NCBI GenBank assembly: GCA_964291285.2
Contig: OZ219786.1
Span: forward strand, 1,248,001-1,312,000
Direction of reading: 5' to 3'
DNA: 64,000 bases
Source: Alphaproteobacteria bacterium
GTDB taxonomy: Bacteria; Pseudomonadota; Alphaproteobacteria; Bin95
Position 1 is the stretch's first letter. Every line of letters begins with the position of its first letter. Below are positions 23,011-32,034 of this stretch, piece by piece. The notes below the pieces were generated by a model. That model searched no databases. It worked only from the letters and a program-made list of their open reading frames with translations, and was not told where the DNA came from. Position numbers and translations under genes: made by a program.

Positions 23011-24081
23011 ATGTCGAAGCTGAAAACGGCAACTGGCGAAACCGCCCTTGAACGCGACCTTGCTTACCAGGCGGAAATCCTGCAGGGCGTTTCCCGCACC
23101 TTTGCGCTGACCATTCCCCAACTGCCCCCTCCGCTCCGGGACGCGGTCGGCAATGCCTATCTGCTCTGCCGGATCGCCGATACCATTGAGGACGAAGCTG
23201 CCCTCTCTGCGGGTCAAAAGCGCGAATTCTCCGAACGCTGGGTCGGCGTTGTCGAAGGCAGCGAGACTGCCGGGGCCTTTGCGCAGGACCTCGGCGCCCT
23301 GCTGACCCGTTCCACGACCGAGGCGGAACGCGAGCTCATCGCCAATGTCGACCGCGTCATGCGGATCACGGACAGCTTCTCCGCCCCGCAACGGCAGGCA
23401 ATGTTGCGCTGTGTGAAGATCATGACGCACGGCATGGTGGAATTTCAGGAAGGCGCCAGCCTCGAAGGGCTCAATGACCTCCAGCAGCTCGACCGCTACT
23501 GCTACCATGTCGCCGGCGTCGTCGGAGAAATGTTGACGGAGCTCTTCTGTGACTATTCAGAGGAAATCGACGCGCGGCGCGAGGAGCTCTTCGCCCTGTC
23601 GGCCTCCTACGGACAGGGCCTCCAGATGACCAACATCCTGAAGGACATATGGGAGGACCGGAGCCGCGGGGCGTGCTGGCTGCCGCGCAGCGTCTTTCTT
23701 TCGGCCGGCTTCGACCTCCGCTCGCTTGCGCCGGGCCAGGCCGATCCGGGGTTCGTCGAAGGGCTCAACAGGCTCATCGCGATCGCCGGCCAGCATCTTG
23801 CCAATGCGCTCCGCTACATCCTGCTCATACCGGCGCACGAGACGGGCATCCGCCGCTTCTGCCTCTGGGCGCTCGGCATGGCGGTGCTCACCCTGCGCCG
23901 CACCTACACGACACCGGCATTCGGGAGCGGCCAGGAGGTCAAGATATCGCGGCGCGCCGTGAAGGCGGTGGTCGTGACCACCAGCGCGCTGGCGCGCTCC
24001 GATGCGGCCCTGAAGATTCTCTTTGTCGGTCTCGGGCGCGGTCTTCCCCGCGTCCGGGAGGCGGGCGGCACGGCCGCATGA
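23011..24081 (+). CDS. Squalene synthase (single-step farnesyl-diphosphate farnesyltransferase type)
   Basis: [43 protein letters not shown] motifs. Confidence 0.85.
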   Translation: MSKLKTATGETALERDLAYQAEILQGVSRTFALTIPQLPPPLRDAVGNAYLLCRIADTIEDEAALSAGQKREFSERWVGVVEGSETAGAFAQDLGALLTRSTTEAERELIANVDRVMRITDSFSAPQRQAMLRCVKIMTHGMVEFQEGASLEGLNDLQQLDRYCYHVAGVVGEMLTELFCDYSEEIDARREELFALSASYGQGLQMTNILKDIWEDRSRGACWLPRSVFLSAGFDLRSLAPGQADPGFVEGLNRLIAIAGQHLANALRYILLIPAHETGIRRFCLWALGMAVLTLRRTYTTPAFGSGQEVKISRRAVKAVVVTTSALARSDAALKILFVGLGRGLPRVREAGGTAA

Positions 24082-25346
24082 TCCGGCGCTGCGGGGTCTT
24101 GCGGAGCGCCGCCGCCGCGCTGGCGCTTTCGGTTCCGGGCGCAGCGGCGCAAGCGGCGGATATCGAAGTTGAGCTGTCCGGCAGGTTCAGCATCGAGAGC
24201 CGCCTGTATCCCGACAGCGCGCTCCATTCCGGCCAGTGCTCCCATGCGGGCGGCTTCACCGCGAAGCCGGAACTCTATGCCGAGGACGAGGAGGGCCGCA
24301 GCCTCACGATCTCGCCCTTCTTCCGCTACGACAGCGCCGACCCGCGCCGCACCCATGCCGACCTCCGCGAAGCCTTCCTGCTGCTCTACGGCGAGGCCGG
24401 CGACGGCGAGTGGGAACTGCGCCTCGGCGTGGACCGGGTCGCCTGGGGCGTGGCGGAGGTGCGCAACATCGTCGATATCGTCAACCAGACGGACCTGGTC
24501 GAGCATCCCGACGAGAAGACCAAGCTCGGCCAGCCCATGGCGCACGGCACATGGTCCGCGGACTGGGGCGCGCTGGAATTGTTCCTCCTGCCCTGGCACC
24601 GCGAGCGCACCTATCCGGGCCGCGCGGGCCGGCTGCGCAGCGGCCTCGTCGTGGACCACGACAAGGCGACATACGACAGCGCCGCCGGGGAACGGCACAT
24701 GGACTGGGCGGTCCGCTACAGCGGAAGTTTCGGCCTCGTCGATCTCGGCCTCAGCTGGTTCGACGGCCAGAGCCGGGAACCGTCCCTGCGGCCCGCGGAA
24801 TTCCTGACGATTCCCGGGGTGAGACCGGTTCCGACGGCCCTGCATCCGCACTACGAGAAAATCCGCCAATTCGGGCTGGACGCGCAGCTCACCACCGGCC
24901 CCTGGTTGCTCAAGCTGGAGGCCATCCGCCGCCTCGGCGCGAGCAACCGACTGGTCGAGGAAGACGATTACGGCGCGTGGATACTCGGCGGCGAATACAG
25001 CCTGTATTCCGTCTTCGACACGGAGGCGGAAATCACCCTGCTGTCGGAATGGCACTGGGACGGGCGGGGGCCGGAGCGCGCGACCAACGCCTTCGAGAAC
25101 GACCTGTTCCTCGCCGTCCGCCTTGCGCTCAACGACGTCGAGGGCACCGAGTTCACGCTCAGCGTGGCGGAGGACCCGGACCATGCGGGCCGCGTGTTCG
25201 GCTTCGAGGCGAAGCGGCGGCTGGACGACAACTGGCTGCTGGAGCTCGAGGGCACGGCGTTCCACGGCGTCGACTGGCGCGGCGACGCCCTCTACGGCGT
25301 GCGCCGCGACAGCTTCATCGCCCTCAGCCTCGTCTACAACCTGTAG
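24078..25346 (+). CDS. Probable outer-membrane beta-barrel protein
   Basis: Signal peptide ending AAQA; amphipathic beta pattern; [27 protein letters not shown]; C-terminal YNL; ATGA overlap with squalene synthase. Confidence 0.7.
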   Translation: MIRRCGVLRSAAAALALSVPGAAAQAADIEVELSGRFSIESRLYPDSALHSGQCSHAGGFTAKPELYAEDEEGRSLTISPFFRYDSADPRRTHADLREAFLLLYGEAGDGEWELRLGVDRVAWGVAEVRNIVDIVNQTDLVEHPDEKTKLGQPMAHGTWSADWGALELFLLPWHRERTYPGRAGRLRSGLVVDHDKATYDSAAGERHMDWAVRYSGSFGLVDLGLSWFDGQSREPSLRPAEFLTIPGVRPVPTALHPHYEKIRQFGLDAQLTTGPWLLKLEAIRRLGASNRLVEEDDYGAWILGGEYSLYSVFDTEAEITLLSEWHWDGRGPERATNAFENDLFLAVRLALNDVEGTEFTLSVAEDPDHAGRVFGFEAKRRLDDNWLLELEGTAFHGVDWRGDALYGVRRDSFIALSLVYNL

Positions 25347-26134
25347 CCGCCGGCAAGGCGCGCGGCGAAGTCTGTCATGGCGGGCATGACGGCGTCCCCG
25401 GCCTCGCGCCAGGGGGCATGGCCGCAGCCGGGCAGCAGCACGATGTCCGCCGGGCCGGACACCTGCGCGGCGATGCGGTCGGTCTGGGCGCGCGTGCCGT
25501 AGGGGTCGGCCTCGCCCTGGAAGGCCAGCAGCGGCGCCGTTACCGCCGGCAGGTAGTTTTCGATGTTCCAGTCGCGGAAGCGCGGGTCGAGCCATGCCAG
25601 GTTCCAGGCGTCGAAGGTCCCGGCGGCGTCCCGGTGCCAGCGGGCAAGCCGCCTGTCGAGGCCGCCCGTGTCGAAGGCGCGCCGGGCCTCCCCGATGGCG
25701 CGGATCGAGCAGTCCTCGACGAACACGTGCGGGGCCATGACGACCAGCCCGGCCACGGCGTCCGGGAAGGCGCCGGCATGGATGAGCGCGATGGAGCCGC
25801 CGTCGCTGTGGCCGACGAGCACCGGCCGCTCGATGCCGAGGGCGGCGAGGACCGCCGGCAGGCGCCGTTCGGCCTCGACATGCATGTAATCGAGCGGGAA
25901 CGCCCCGCCGGCCGGCAGCGACGACCCGCCATAGCCGGGCCGGGAATAGACCAGCGCGCCCGCGCCCGTTTCCGCCGCCGCCCGGTCGGGAAAATCGCGC
26001 CAGAGGGCCGCGCAGCCGAGCCCTTCATGCAGGAACACCAGCACCGGCAGGGCCGGGTCGCCCTCGATCCGGCGGTATTCGATCTCGCCACCGTCGAGGG
26101 CGAGCCGGCCGTCGAGGACCGGCGGACCGCTCAT
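25334..26134 (-). CDS. Alpha/beta hydrolase associated with box clusters
   Basis: FLHEGLG, GHSDGGSIAL, QGEADPYG, CGHAP; directly downstream of benzoate-CoA ligase. Confidence 0.85.
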   Translation of the reverse strand: MSGPPVLDGRLALDGGEIEYRRIEGDPALPVLVFLHEGLGCAALWRDFPDRAAAETGAGALVYSRPGYGGSSLPAGGAFPLDYMHVEAERRLPAVLAALGIERPVLVGHSDGGSIALIHAGAFPDAVAGLVVMAPHVFVEDCSIRAIGEARRAFDTGGLDRRLARWHRDAAGTFDAWNLAWLDPRFRDWNIENYLPAVTAPLLAFQGEADPYGTRAQTDRIAAQVSGPADIVLLPGCGHAPWREAGDAVMPAMTDFAARLAGGYRL

Positions 26135-27624
26135 GCCCTGAGCTTGTACCGCTGGATCTTGCCCGTCGCCGTCTTGGGCAGCTCGTCCACGAACTCGACC
26201 CAGCGCGGATATTTGTAGGCGGCAAGCCGGGCGCGCACGAAGTCCTGGAGCTCGGCCGCGCCGGCCTCCCTGCCCTCCTGCAGCACCACGAAGGCCTTGG
26301 GCTTGACGAGGCCGTCCGGGTCCTCCGCGCCGACCACCGCCGCCTCCAGCACCGCCTCATGCTTCAGCAGCGCGCCCTCCACCTCGAAGGGCGAGACATA
26401 GATGCCGCCGACCTTGAGCATGTCGTCGGCGCGCCCGGCGAAAGCGTAAACGCCGTTTTCGTCGCGGGTGTATTTGTCGCCGGTGCGCGTCCAGGCGCCC
26501 CGAAAGGTCTCGACCGAACGCTCGCGCCGGTTCCAGTAGAACACCGCGCTGGTCGGCCCCTTCACCTCCAGTGCGCCGAGCGCACCCGCGTCCTCGATCA
26601 CCCGGTCGTCGTCATCGACAAGGCGGACCTCGTAGCCCTCGACCGGGCGCCCGGACGCTCCCGGCGCGATGTCGCCGACGCGGTTGGTGATGAAGATATG
26701 CAGCATCTCGGTCGAGCCGAGGCCGTCCAGAATGTCCACGCCGACGGCCTCCTGCCAGCGGCGCAGGATTTCGGGCGGCAGCGCCTCGCCGGCGGAGACG
26801 GCAAGCCGCAATTCGTGCTCGCCCGGCCCCGGCGCCTCGCCGCTCGCAAGCAGCATGGCGAACAGGGTCGGCACGCCGAAGAAGATCGTGGGCCCCGCCT
26901 CGCGCAGCAGGCGGCAGATCGGCCCCGGCTCCGGAGGCCCTTCGAGCAGCACGGCGGTCGCGCCCGCCGCCATCGGGAAGGTCAGGCCGTTGCCGAGCCC
27001 GTAGGCGAAGAACAGCTTGGCGGCGGAGAACAGCACGTCGCCTTCGCTCACGCCCAGCGTCGGCCCGGCATAGAGTTCGGCCGTGCGCGCCATGTCGCCG
27101 TGGAGGTGCACCGCGCCTTTCGGCTGGCCCGTCGTGCCCGAGGTGTAGAGCCAGAAGCACATCTCGTCCTCGACGGTTTCGGCGGCTGAGAACACCGGGC
27201 TCTCGGGCGCAATCAGCGCTGCCAGCCCGCCGCCGTCCGGGATCACGCGGTCATGCAGGCCCTCGAAGACCGGGGCGAGGTTCGCCGAGACGAACGCCGC
27301 CTGCGCGCGCGCGTCGTGCAGCATGAAGGCGTAGTCGTCGCGGGTGAGCCGCGTGTTGACCGGAACCGGCACGACGCCCGCCTTGATGGCGCCGAGGAAA
27401 CAGGTGTGGAAGTCTACGGTGTCGTTGAGGCAGAGGAGGATGCGCTCCTCGCGCCGGATGCCGAGCCTGCCGAGCGCATGGGCGAACCGGCTCGTCGCCG
27501 CGTCGATGTCGGCGTAGCTGTGCGCGCCGCGGCTGTCGATCACGGCCGTCTTCGCGCCGCGCCCGGCCGCAAGGTTGCGCCCGATCAGGTCCGCCGCCGC
27601 GTTGTAACCGGCCATGTCGCTCAT
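26131..27624 (-). CDS. bclA: Benzoate-CoA ligase
   Basis: YNAAADLI, FWLYTSGTTG.PKG, AAKLFFAYGLGN, GSTEMLHIF, TGDKY, TATGKIQR. Confidence 0.9.
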   Translation of the reverse strand: MSDMAGYNAAADLIGRNLAAGRGAKTAVIDSRGAHSYADIDAATSRFAHALGRLGIRREERILLCLNDTVDFHTCFLGAIKAGVVPVPVNTRLTRDDYAFMLHDARAQAAFVSANLAPVFEGLHDRVIPDGGGLAALIAPESPVFSAAETVEDEMCFWLYTSGTTGQPKGAVHLHGDMARTAELYAGPTLGVSEGDVLFSAAKLFFAYGLGNGLTFPMAAGATAVLLEGPPEPGPICRLLREAGPTIFFGVPTLFAMLLASGEAPGPGEHELRLAVSAGEALPPEILRRWQEAVGVDILDGLGSTEMLHIFITNRVGDIAPGASGRPVEGYEVRLVDDDDRVIEDAGALGALEVKGPTSAVFYWNRRERSVETFRGAWTRTGDKYTRDENGVYAFAGRADDMLKVGGIYVSPFEVEGALLKHEAVLEAAVVGAEDPDGLVKPKAFVVLQEGREAGAAELQDFVRARLAAYKYPRWVEFVDELPKTATGKIQRYKLRA

Positions 27625-28085
27625 GCCTCCGCCACGGCGCTTTCATACCACGACCGCGCCCAGTCCGCCGCCTCGTCCTCGGGCAGGACGCCGGAGGACG
27701 CATTGTGGCGCATCGGCTCGCCCACGCGCCTTGCGCCGAGTTCGCTCAGGATGCGGTCGAAGGTCATGCCGCCGCCGCAGAAGGTGCGCGCATAGGTCAT
27801 GTCGCCAAGCGCAAAGAGGCCGTAGCGGACATGGGCGAGGTCGGGCCGCTCGCGCTCCAGCGCGTCGGCAAGCGCCTGGCCGTTGTCCGGCACGTCGCCC
27901 TGGCCGTAGGTGGAGCTGACCACGAGGTAGAGGCCGGGCGCGGCGAAGGCGCCCGCGTCGAGATCGTCCATCGGCCGGAGGTCCACCTCCACGCCTTCCT
28001 CCTCCAGCGCGGCCTGGACCTCTTCGGCGACGAGATCGGCCGTGCCGGTCATCGTCGCGACATAGATGGTGACAGTGCTGTTCAT
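27621..28085 (-). CDS. Flavodoxin (MioC/cindoxin-like)
   Basis: ATMTGTA FMN phosphate loop, STYGQGDVPDNG, FALGD..Y..FCGGG; ATG at 28085. Confidence 0.88.
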   Translation of the reverse strand: MNSTVTIYVATMTGTADLVAEEVQAALEEEGVEVDLRPMDDLDAGAFAAPGLYLVVSSTYGQGDVPDNGQALADALERERPDLAHVRYGLFALGDMTYARTFCGGGMTFDRILSELGARRVGEPMRHNASSGVLPEDEAADWARSWYESAVAEA

Positions 28086-28088
28086 ATG

Positions 28089-28121
28089 ATGCATTATATT
28101 TCCTGTGATGGAAGCCGCCAA
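28089..28121 (-). promoter_or_regulatory. Probable leaderless promoter with BoxR/BzdR-type operator for flavodoxin-bclA operon
   Basis: Minus strand TTGGCG-N17-TATAAT, 7 nt before ATG; contains CAGGAAATATAATGCAT. Confidence 0.65.
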
Positions 28122-28980
28122 GGAAAACCTCGCAGCGCCGCTCGGCGCAAGGCTGCGCACGCTCCGGGCGGCGCGCGGCATGAGCCGGCGCATCCTGGCG
28201 CGGGACAGCGCGGTCTCGGAACGCTATCTCGCGGAGTTGGAGAACGGAAGGGCGAACCCCTCCATCGGCGTGCTGGCGCGCATCGGGCTGGCCATCGGGG
28301 TGGATATTGCCGAGCTGTTCACGTCCTCCTCCCGCGATGCCGCTACCGCCCTGCTGGAGCGGCTGGGACCGGAAGACCGGGCCGCCGCCGGCGCGCTGCT
28401 GGAGCGCCATTTCGGCCGCGCCGCCGACAAGGCGGAACGGATCGCGCTGGTCGGTCTGCGCGGGGCGGGAAAGACCACCCTCGGCCGGCTGCTGGCGGAG
28501 CGCCTCGGCTGGCCCTTCGTCGAACTCACGCGCGAGATCGAGCGGGACTACGGCGCCGACGTCGCGGAAATTCTGGCCCTGGCGGGCCAGCCGGGCCTGC
28601 GGCGGCAGGAGCACCGGGCGCTGGGCCGCCTCGTGGAGGAACGGGAGCGCGCGGTGATCGCCGCGCCCGGCGGCATCGTGGCGGAGGCCGCAAGCCTCGA
28701 TCTGCTGCTCGCCCGGACGCATACCGTCTGGCTGACTGCCGCGCCCGAGGAGCACATGGCGCGCGTCGCCGCCCAGGGCGACCGGCGGCCGATGGCCGAC
28801 AACCCGGAAGCGATGGCCGACCTGCGCGCGATCCTCGCCGCCCGCAGCCCCGACTACGCCCGCGCCGACGCCCGCCTCGACACTTCAGGCCGGCCGCTCG
28901 AAGACTGCCTCGACGATCTGGAGCGCACCGCGCGCCGCATGGTCCGCGAAGGGTTGACCCCGGCCGGACAGGAAATATAG
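28108..28980 (+). CDS. boxR: BoxR/BzdR regulator (XRE HTH plus shikimate-kinase-like domain)
   Basis: VSERYLAELENGRANPS HTH; RIALVGLRGAGKTTLG; APGGIV; HMARV.AQGDRRPM. Confidence 0.92.
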   Translation: MEAAKENLAAPLGARLRTLRAARGMSRRILARDSAVSERYLAELENGRANPSIGVLARIGLAIGVDIAELFTSSSRDAATALLERLGPEDRAAAGALLERHFGRAADKAERIALVGLRGAGKTTLGRLLAERLGWPFVELTREIERDYGADVAEILALAGQPGLRRQEHRALGRLVEERERAVIAAPGGIVAEAASLDLLLARTHTVWLTAAPEEHMARVAAQGDRRPMADNPEAMADLRAILAARSPDYARADARLDTSGRPLEDCLDDLERTARRMVREGLTPAGQEI

Positions 28981-28985
28981 TGCAT
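28954..28985 (+). promoter_or_regulatory. Probable leaderless promoter with BoxR-type operator for boxCB operon
   Basis: TTGACC-N16-TATAGT, 6 nt before ATG 28988; contains CAGGAAATATAGTGCAT. Confidence 0.7.
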
Positions 28986-28987
28986 AT

Positions 28988-30610
28988 ATGATCGACAATG
29001 TGCCCATCGCCTACGACCGCGAGCCGGAGAGCTACCGGCACTGGTCGCTCGCCGTCGAGGGAGCCGTCGCCACGCTCACGCTCAAGGTGGATGAAGACGG
29101 GGGTCTCCGTCCGGGCTACCGGCTCAAGCAGAACTCCTACGATCTCGGCGTCGATATCGAGCTGAACGACGCGCTCAACCGGCTGCGTTTCGAGCATCCG
29201 CAGGTGCGCACGGTCATCGTCACCAGCGGCATGGAGCGCATGTTCTGCGCCGGGGCCAACATCTACATGCTAGGCCAGTCGAGCCATGCGGCGAAGGTGA
29301 ACTTCTGCCGCTTCACCAACGAGACCCGCAACTTCATGGAGGATGCGAGCCGGCACTCCGGCATCGCCTTCATCGCCGCCTGCAACGGCACGGCGGCCGG
29401 CGGCGGCTACGAGCTGGCGCTGGCCTGCGACGAGATCTGGCTGGTGGACGACCGGTCGAGCGCGGTCAGCCTGCCGGAAGTGCCGCTGCTGGGCGTGCTG
29501 CCGGGCACGGGCGGCCTGACGCGCATCACCGACAAGCGCCGCGTGCGCCGCGACCTCGCCGACGTGTTCTGCACCGACCCCGACGGCGCGCGCGGCCGCC
29601 GGGCGCTCGAATGGGGCCTGGTGGACCGCACGGCGCCGCCGCAGCGCTTCGAGGCCGCAGTGAAAGAGCGCGCGGAGGAACTCGCCGGCCGGCCCGGCCT
29701 GCCCGCCGGCGAGCCGGTGCCGCTCACGCCGCTGGACCGGCATGTGGAAGCGGACGGCTACCGCTACCCGAACGTGCGGGTGCGGATCGACGATGCGCGC
29801 CGGCTCGCGGAAATCACGGTCTCCGGTCCCGCCGCGCCGGTTGCGGTCGAACGCGCCGCCGGCTGGTGGCCGCTTGCCGCCGCGCGCGAGCTCGAAGACG
29901 CGGTGCTGATGCTGCGCACCAACCATGAGCAGGTCGGCGCCTGGGTGCTCAGGACCGAGGGCGACCCGGAGGCGCTGCTGGCGGTGGACGCGCTGCTGGC
30001 CGAAGGCGCGGAAACCGACCGGTTCCTCCGCGAGACCGTCGCCTGGTGGCGGCGGGCGCTCGCCCGGCTGGACGTGACCTCGCGCTCGCTGATCGCGCTC
30101 ATCGAGCCCGGCTCCTGCTTCGCCGGCCCGATGCTGGAACTGGCGCTCGCCGCCGACCGCAGCTTCATGTTCCTGCCCCTCGACGAGCCGGAGGCCGCGC
30201 CCCGGATCGCGCTCGGCGCGCTGAACCGGGCCGGCCTCGAAACGGCGAACGGGCGCACCCGCCTCGACTGCCGCTTCTCGGGGGCGGTGCCGGAATTCCA
30301 GGCCACCAGCTTCGGCCCGGAAGAGGCGCTGGCCGCCGGGCTCGTGACCTTCGCACCGGACGAACTCGACTGGGAGGACGAGGTGCGCATCGCGCTGGAG
30401 GAGCGCGCGGCGCTCTCGCCGGACGCGCTCACCGGCATGGAGGCGAGCCTGCGCTTCGGCGGCGCGGAGACGCTCGCCACCAAGATCTTCGGCCGGCTCT
30501 CCGCCTGGCAGAACTGGATATTCAGCCGCCCCAACGCCGTCGGCGAGGACGGGGCGCTCAAGCGTTTCGGCACCGGCACGAGGCCGGGCTTCGACTGGAG
30601 GCGTGTGTGA
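28988..30610 (+). CDS. boxC: 2,3-epoxybenzoyl-CoA dihydrolase
   Basis: YRHW, NSYDLGVDIEL.DA..RLRFEHP, FC.GANI, KVNFC.FTNETRN, RLSAWQNWIF.RPNAVG. Confidence 0.96.
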   Translation: MIDNVPIAYDREPESYRHWSLAVEGAVATLTLKVDEDGGLRPGYRLKQNSYDLGVDIELNDALNRLRFEHPQVRTVIVTSGMERMFCAGANIYMLGQSSHAAKVNFCRFTNETRNFMEDASRHSGIAFIAACNGTAAGGGYELALACDEIWLVDDRSSAVSLPEVPLLGVLPGTGGLTRITDKRRVRRDLADVFCTDPDGARGRRALEWGLVDRTAPPQRFEAAVKERAEELAGRPGLPAGEPVPLTPLDRHVEADGYRYPNVRVRIDDARRLAEITVSGPAAPVAVERAAGWWPLAAARELEDAVLMLRTNHEQVGAWVLRTEGDPEALLAVDALLAEGAETDRFLRETVAWWRRALARLDVTSRSLIALIEPGSCFAGPMLELALAADRSFMFLPLDEPEAAPRIALGALNRAGLETANGRTRLDCRFSGAVPEFQATSFGPEEALAAGLVTFAPDELDWEDEVRIALEERAALSPDALTGMEASLRFGGAETLATKIFGRLSAWQNWIFSRPNAVGEDGALKRFGTGTRPGFDWRRV

Positions 30611-32034
30611 TGGCAGTCGATTACCGGGGGCGCATCCCCAACAATATCGATCTCTCCGCCGACCGGCGGCTCCAGCGCGCGCTGGAGCACTGGCAGCCGC
30701 GCTTCCTGAACTGGTGGAGCGAGCTCGGGCCCGAGGGCTTCCAGGCGGCGGACGTCTATCTGCGCACCGCCACGGCGGTCGACGCCAGGGGCTGGGCCAG
30801 CTTCGGCTATGTGCGGATGCCGGAATACCGCTGGGGCATCTTCCTCGCCGAGCCCGAGAAGGACCGCACCATCGGCTTCGGCGACGAGATGGGCAAGCCG
30901 GTCTGGCCCGAGGTTCCGGGAGAGCACCGCGCCGCCCTCCGCCGCCTGATCGTGACGCAGGGCGACACCGAGCCCGCCTCCGTCGAGCAGCAGCGCCGCC
31001 TCGGCCACAGCTGCCCCTCGCTCTACGACCTGCGCAACCTCTTCCAGGTCAATGTCGAGGAGGGCCGCCACCTCTGGGCGATGGTCTATCTGCTGCACGC
31101 CCATTTCGGCCGCGACGGGCGCGAGGAAGCGGAGGAACTGCTCTACCGCCACTCCGGCGACCCGGACAATCCGCGCATCCTGACCACCTTCAACGAGCCG
31201 ATCGACGACTGGCTCTCCTTCTTCATGTTCACCTATTTCACCGACCGGGACGGCAAGTACCAGCTGAAGTCCTTCGCCGAGTCGGCCTTCGACCCGCTGG
31301 CGCGCACCTGCTCCTTCATGCTGACCGAGGAAGCCCACCACATGTTCGTCGGCGAGACCGGCATCGGGCGGATCGTCCGGCGCACGCTGGAGGTGATGCA
31401 GGCGCTCGGCACGGACGACCCCGACGCCGTGCGCGCCCAGGGCGCCATCGACCTGCCGACGCTCCAGCGTTACATCAATTTCTGGTTCTCCTCCTCACTC
31501 GACCTGTTCGGCTCCGAGACCTCGTCCAACGCCGCCACATATTTCGCCGCGGGCCTCAAGGGCCGGCCCGACGAGGCGACGTTCGAGGACCATGTGTGCC
31601 TCGATACCGCCGAGCGCATCGCGGTCCCCGGTGAAGCGGGCGGCGTCGCCGAGGAGGAAGTGCCGACCCGCAACGCGATGAACGAGATCACGCGCGGGCT
31701 CTATGTGAAGGACTGCGCCATCGGCATGACCCGCTGGAACCGGACGATAAAGCGCGCGGGCTTCGATGCCGAGCTCTTCCTGCCGTCCACGCGCTTCCGC
31801 CGCACCATCGGCCGCTGGGCCGGGGCCTCCGTCGCCCCCGACGGGACGCCGATGGCGGACGACCTCTACCGCAAGCGCCTGCCCGGCTGGCTGCCGACGG
31901 AGGAGGACAAGGCCTATGTCCGCTCGCTGATGCGCGCCGTCACCGAGCCCGGAAAGATGGCGGGCTGGATCGCCCCGCCTGCCCGCGGCATCGACGGCAA
32001 GCCGGTCGATTACGAATATGTGAAGCTGCATTGA
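30610..32034 (+). CDS. boxB: Benzoyl-CoA 2,3-epoxidase oxygenase subunit (di-iron)
   Basis: IPNNIDL, LIVTQGDTEPASVEQQR, VNVEEGRHLWAM, FTDRDGKYQL, EEAHHM. Confidence 0.97.
   Translation: MAVDYRGRIPNNIDLSADRRLQRALEHWQPRFLNWWSELGPEGFQAADVYLRTATAVDARGWASFGYVRMPEYRWGIFLAEPEKDRTIGFGDEMGKPVWPEVPGEHRAALRRLIVTQGDTEPASVEQQRRLGHSCPSLYDLRNLFQVNVEEGRHLWAMVYLLHAHFGRDGREEAEELLYRHSGDPDNPRILTTFNEPIDDWLSFFMFTYFTDRDGKYQLKSFAESAFDPLARTCSFMLTEEAHHMFVGETGIGRIVRRTLEVMQALGTDDPDAVRAQGAIDLPTLQRYINFWFSSSLDLFGSETSSNAATYFAAGLKGRPDEATFEDHVCLDTAERIAVPGEAGGVAEEEVPTRNAMNEITRGLYVKDCAIGMTRWNRTIKRAGFDAELFLPSTRFRRTIGRWAGASVAPDGTPMADDLYRKRLPGWLPTEEDKAYVRSLMRAVTEPGKMAGWIAPPARGIDGKPVDYEYVKLH

Noticed and set aside
28089-28985. Invertible segment or transposon defined by the 17-bp inverted repeat around boxR
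   Set aside because: No recombinase nearby; the repeats coincide with -10 boxes and TGCA operator motifs, which explains them more simply
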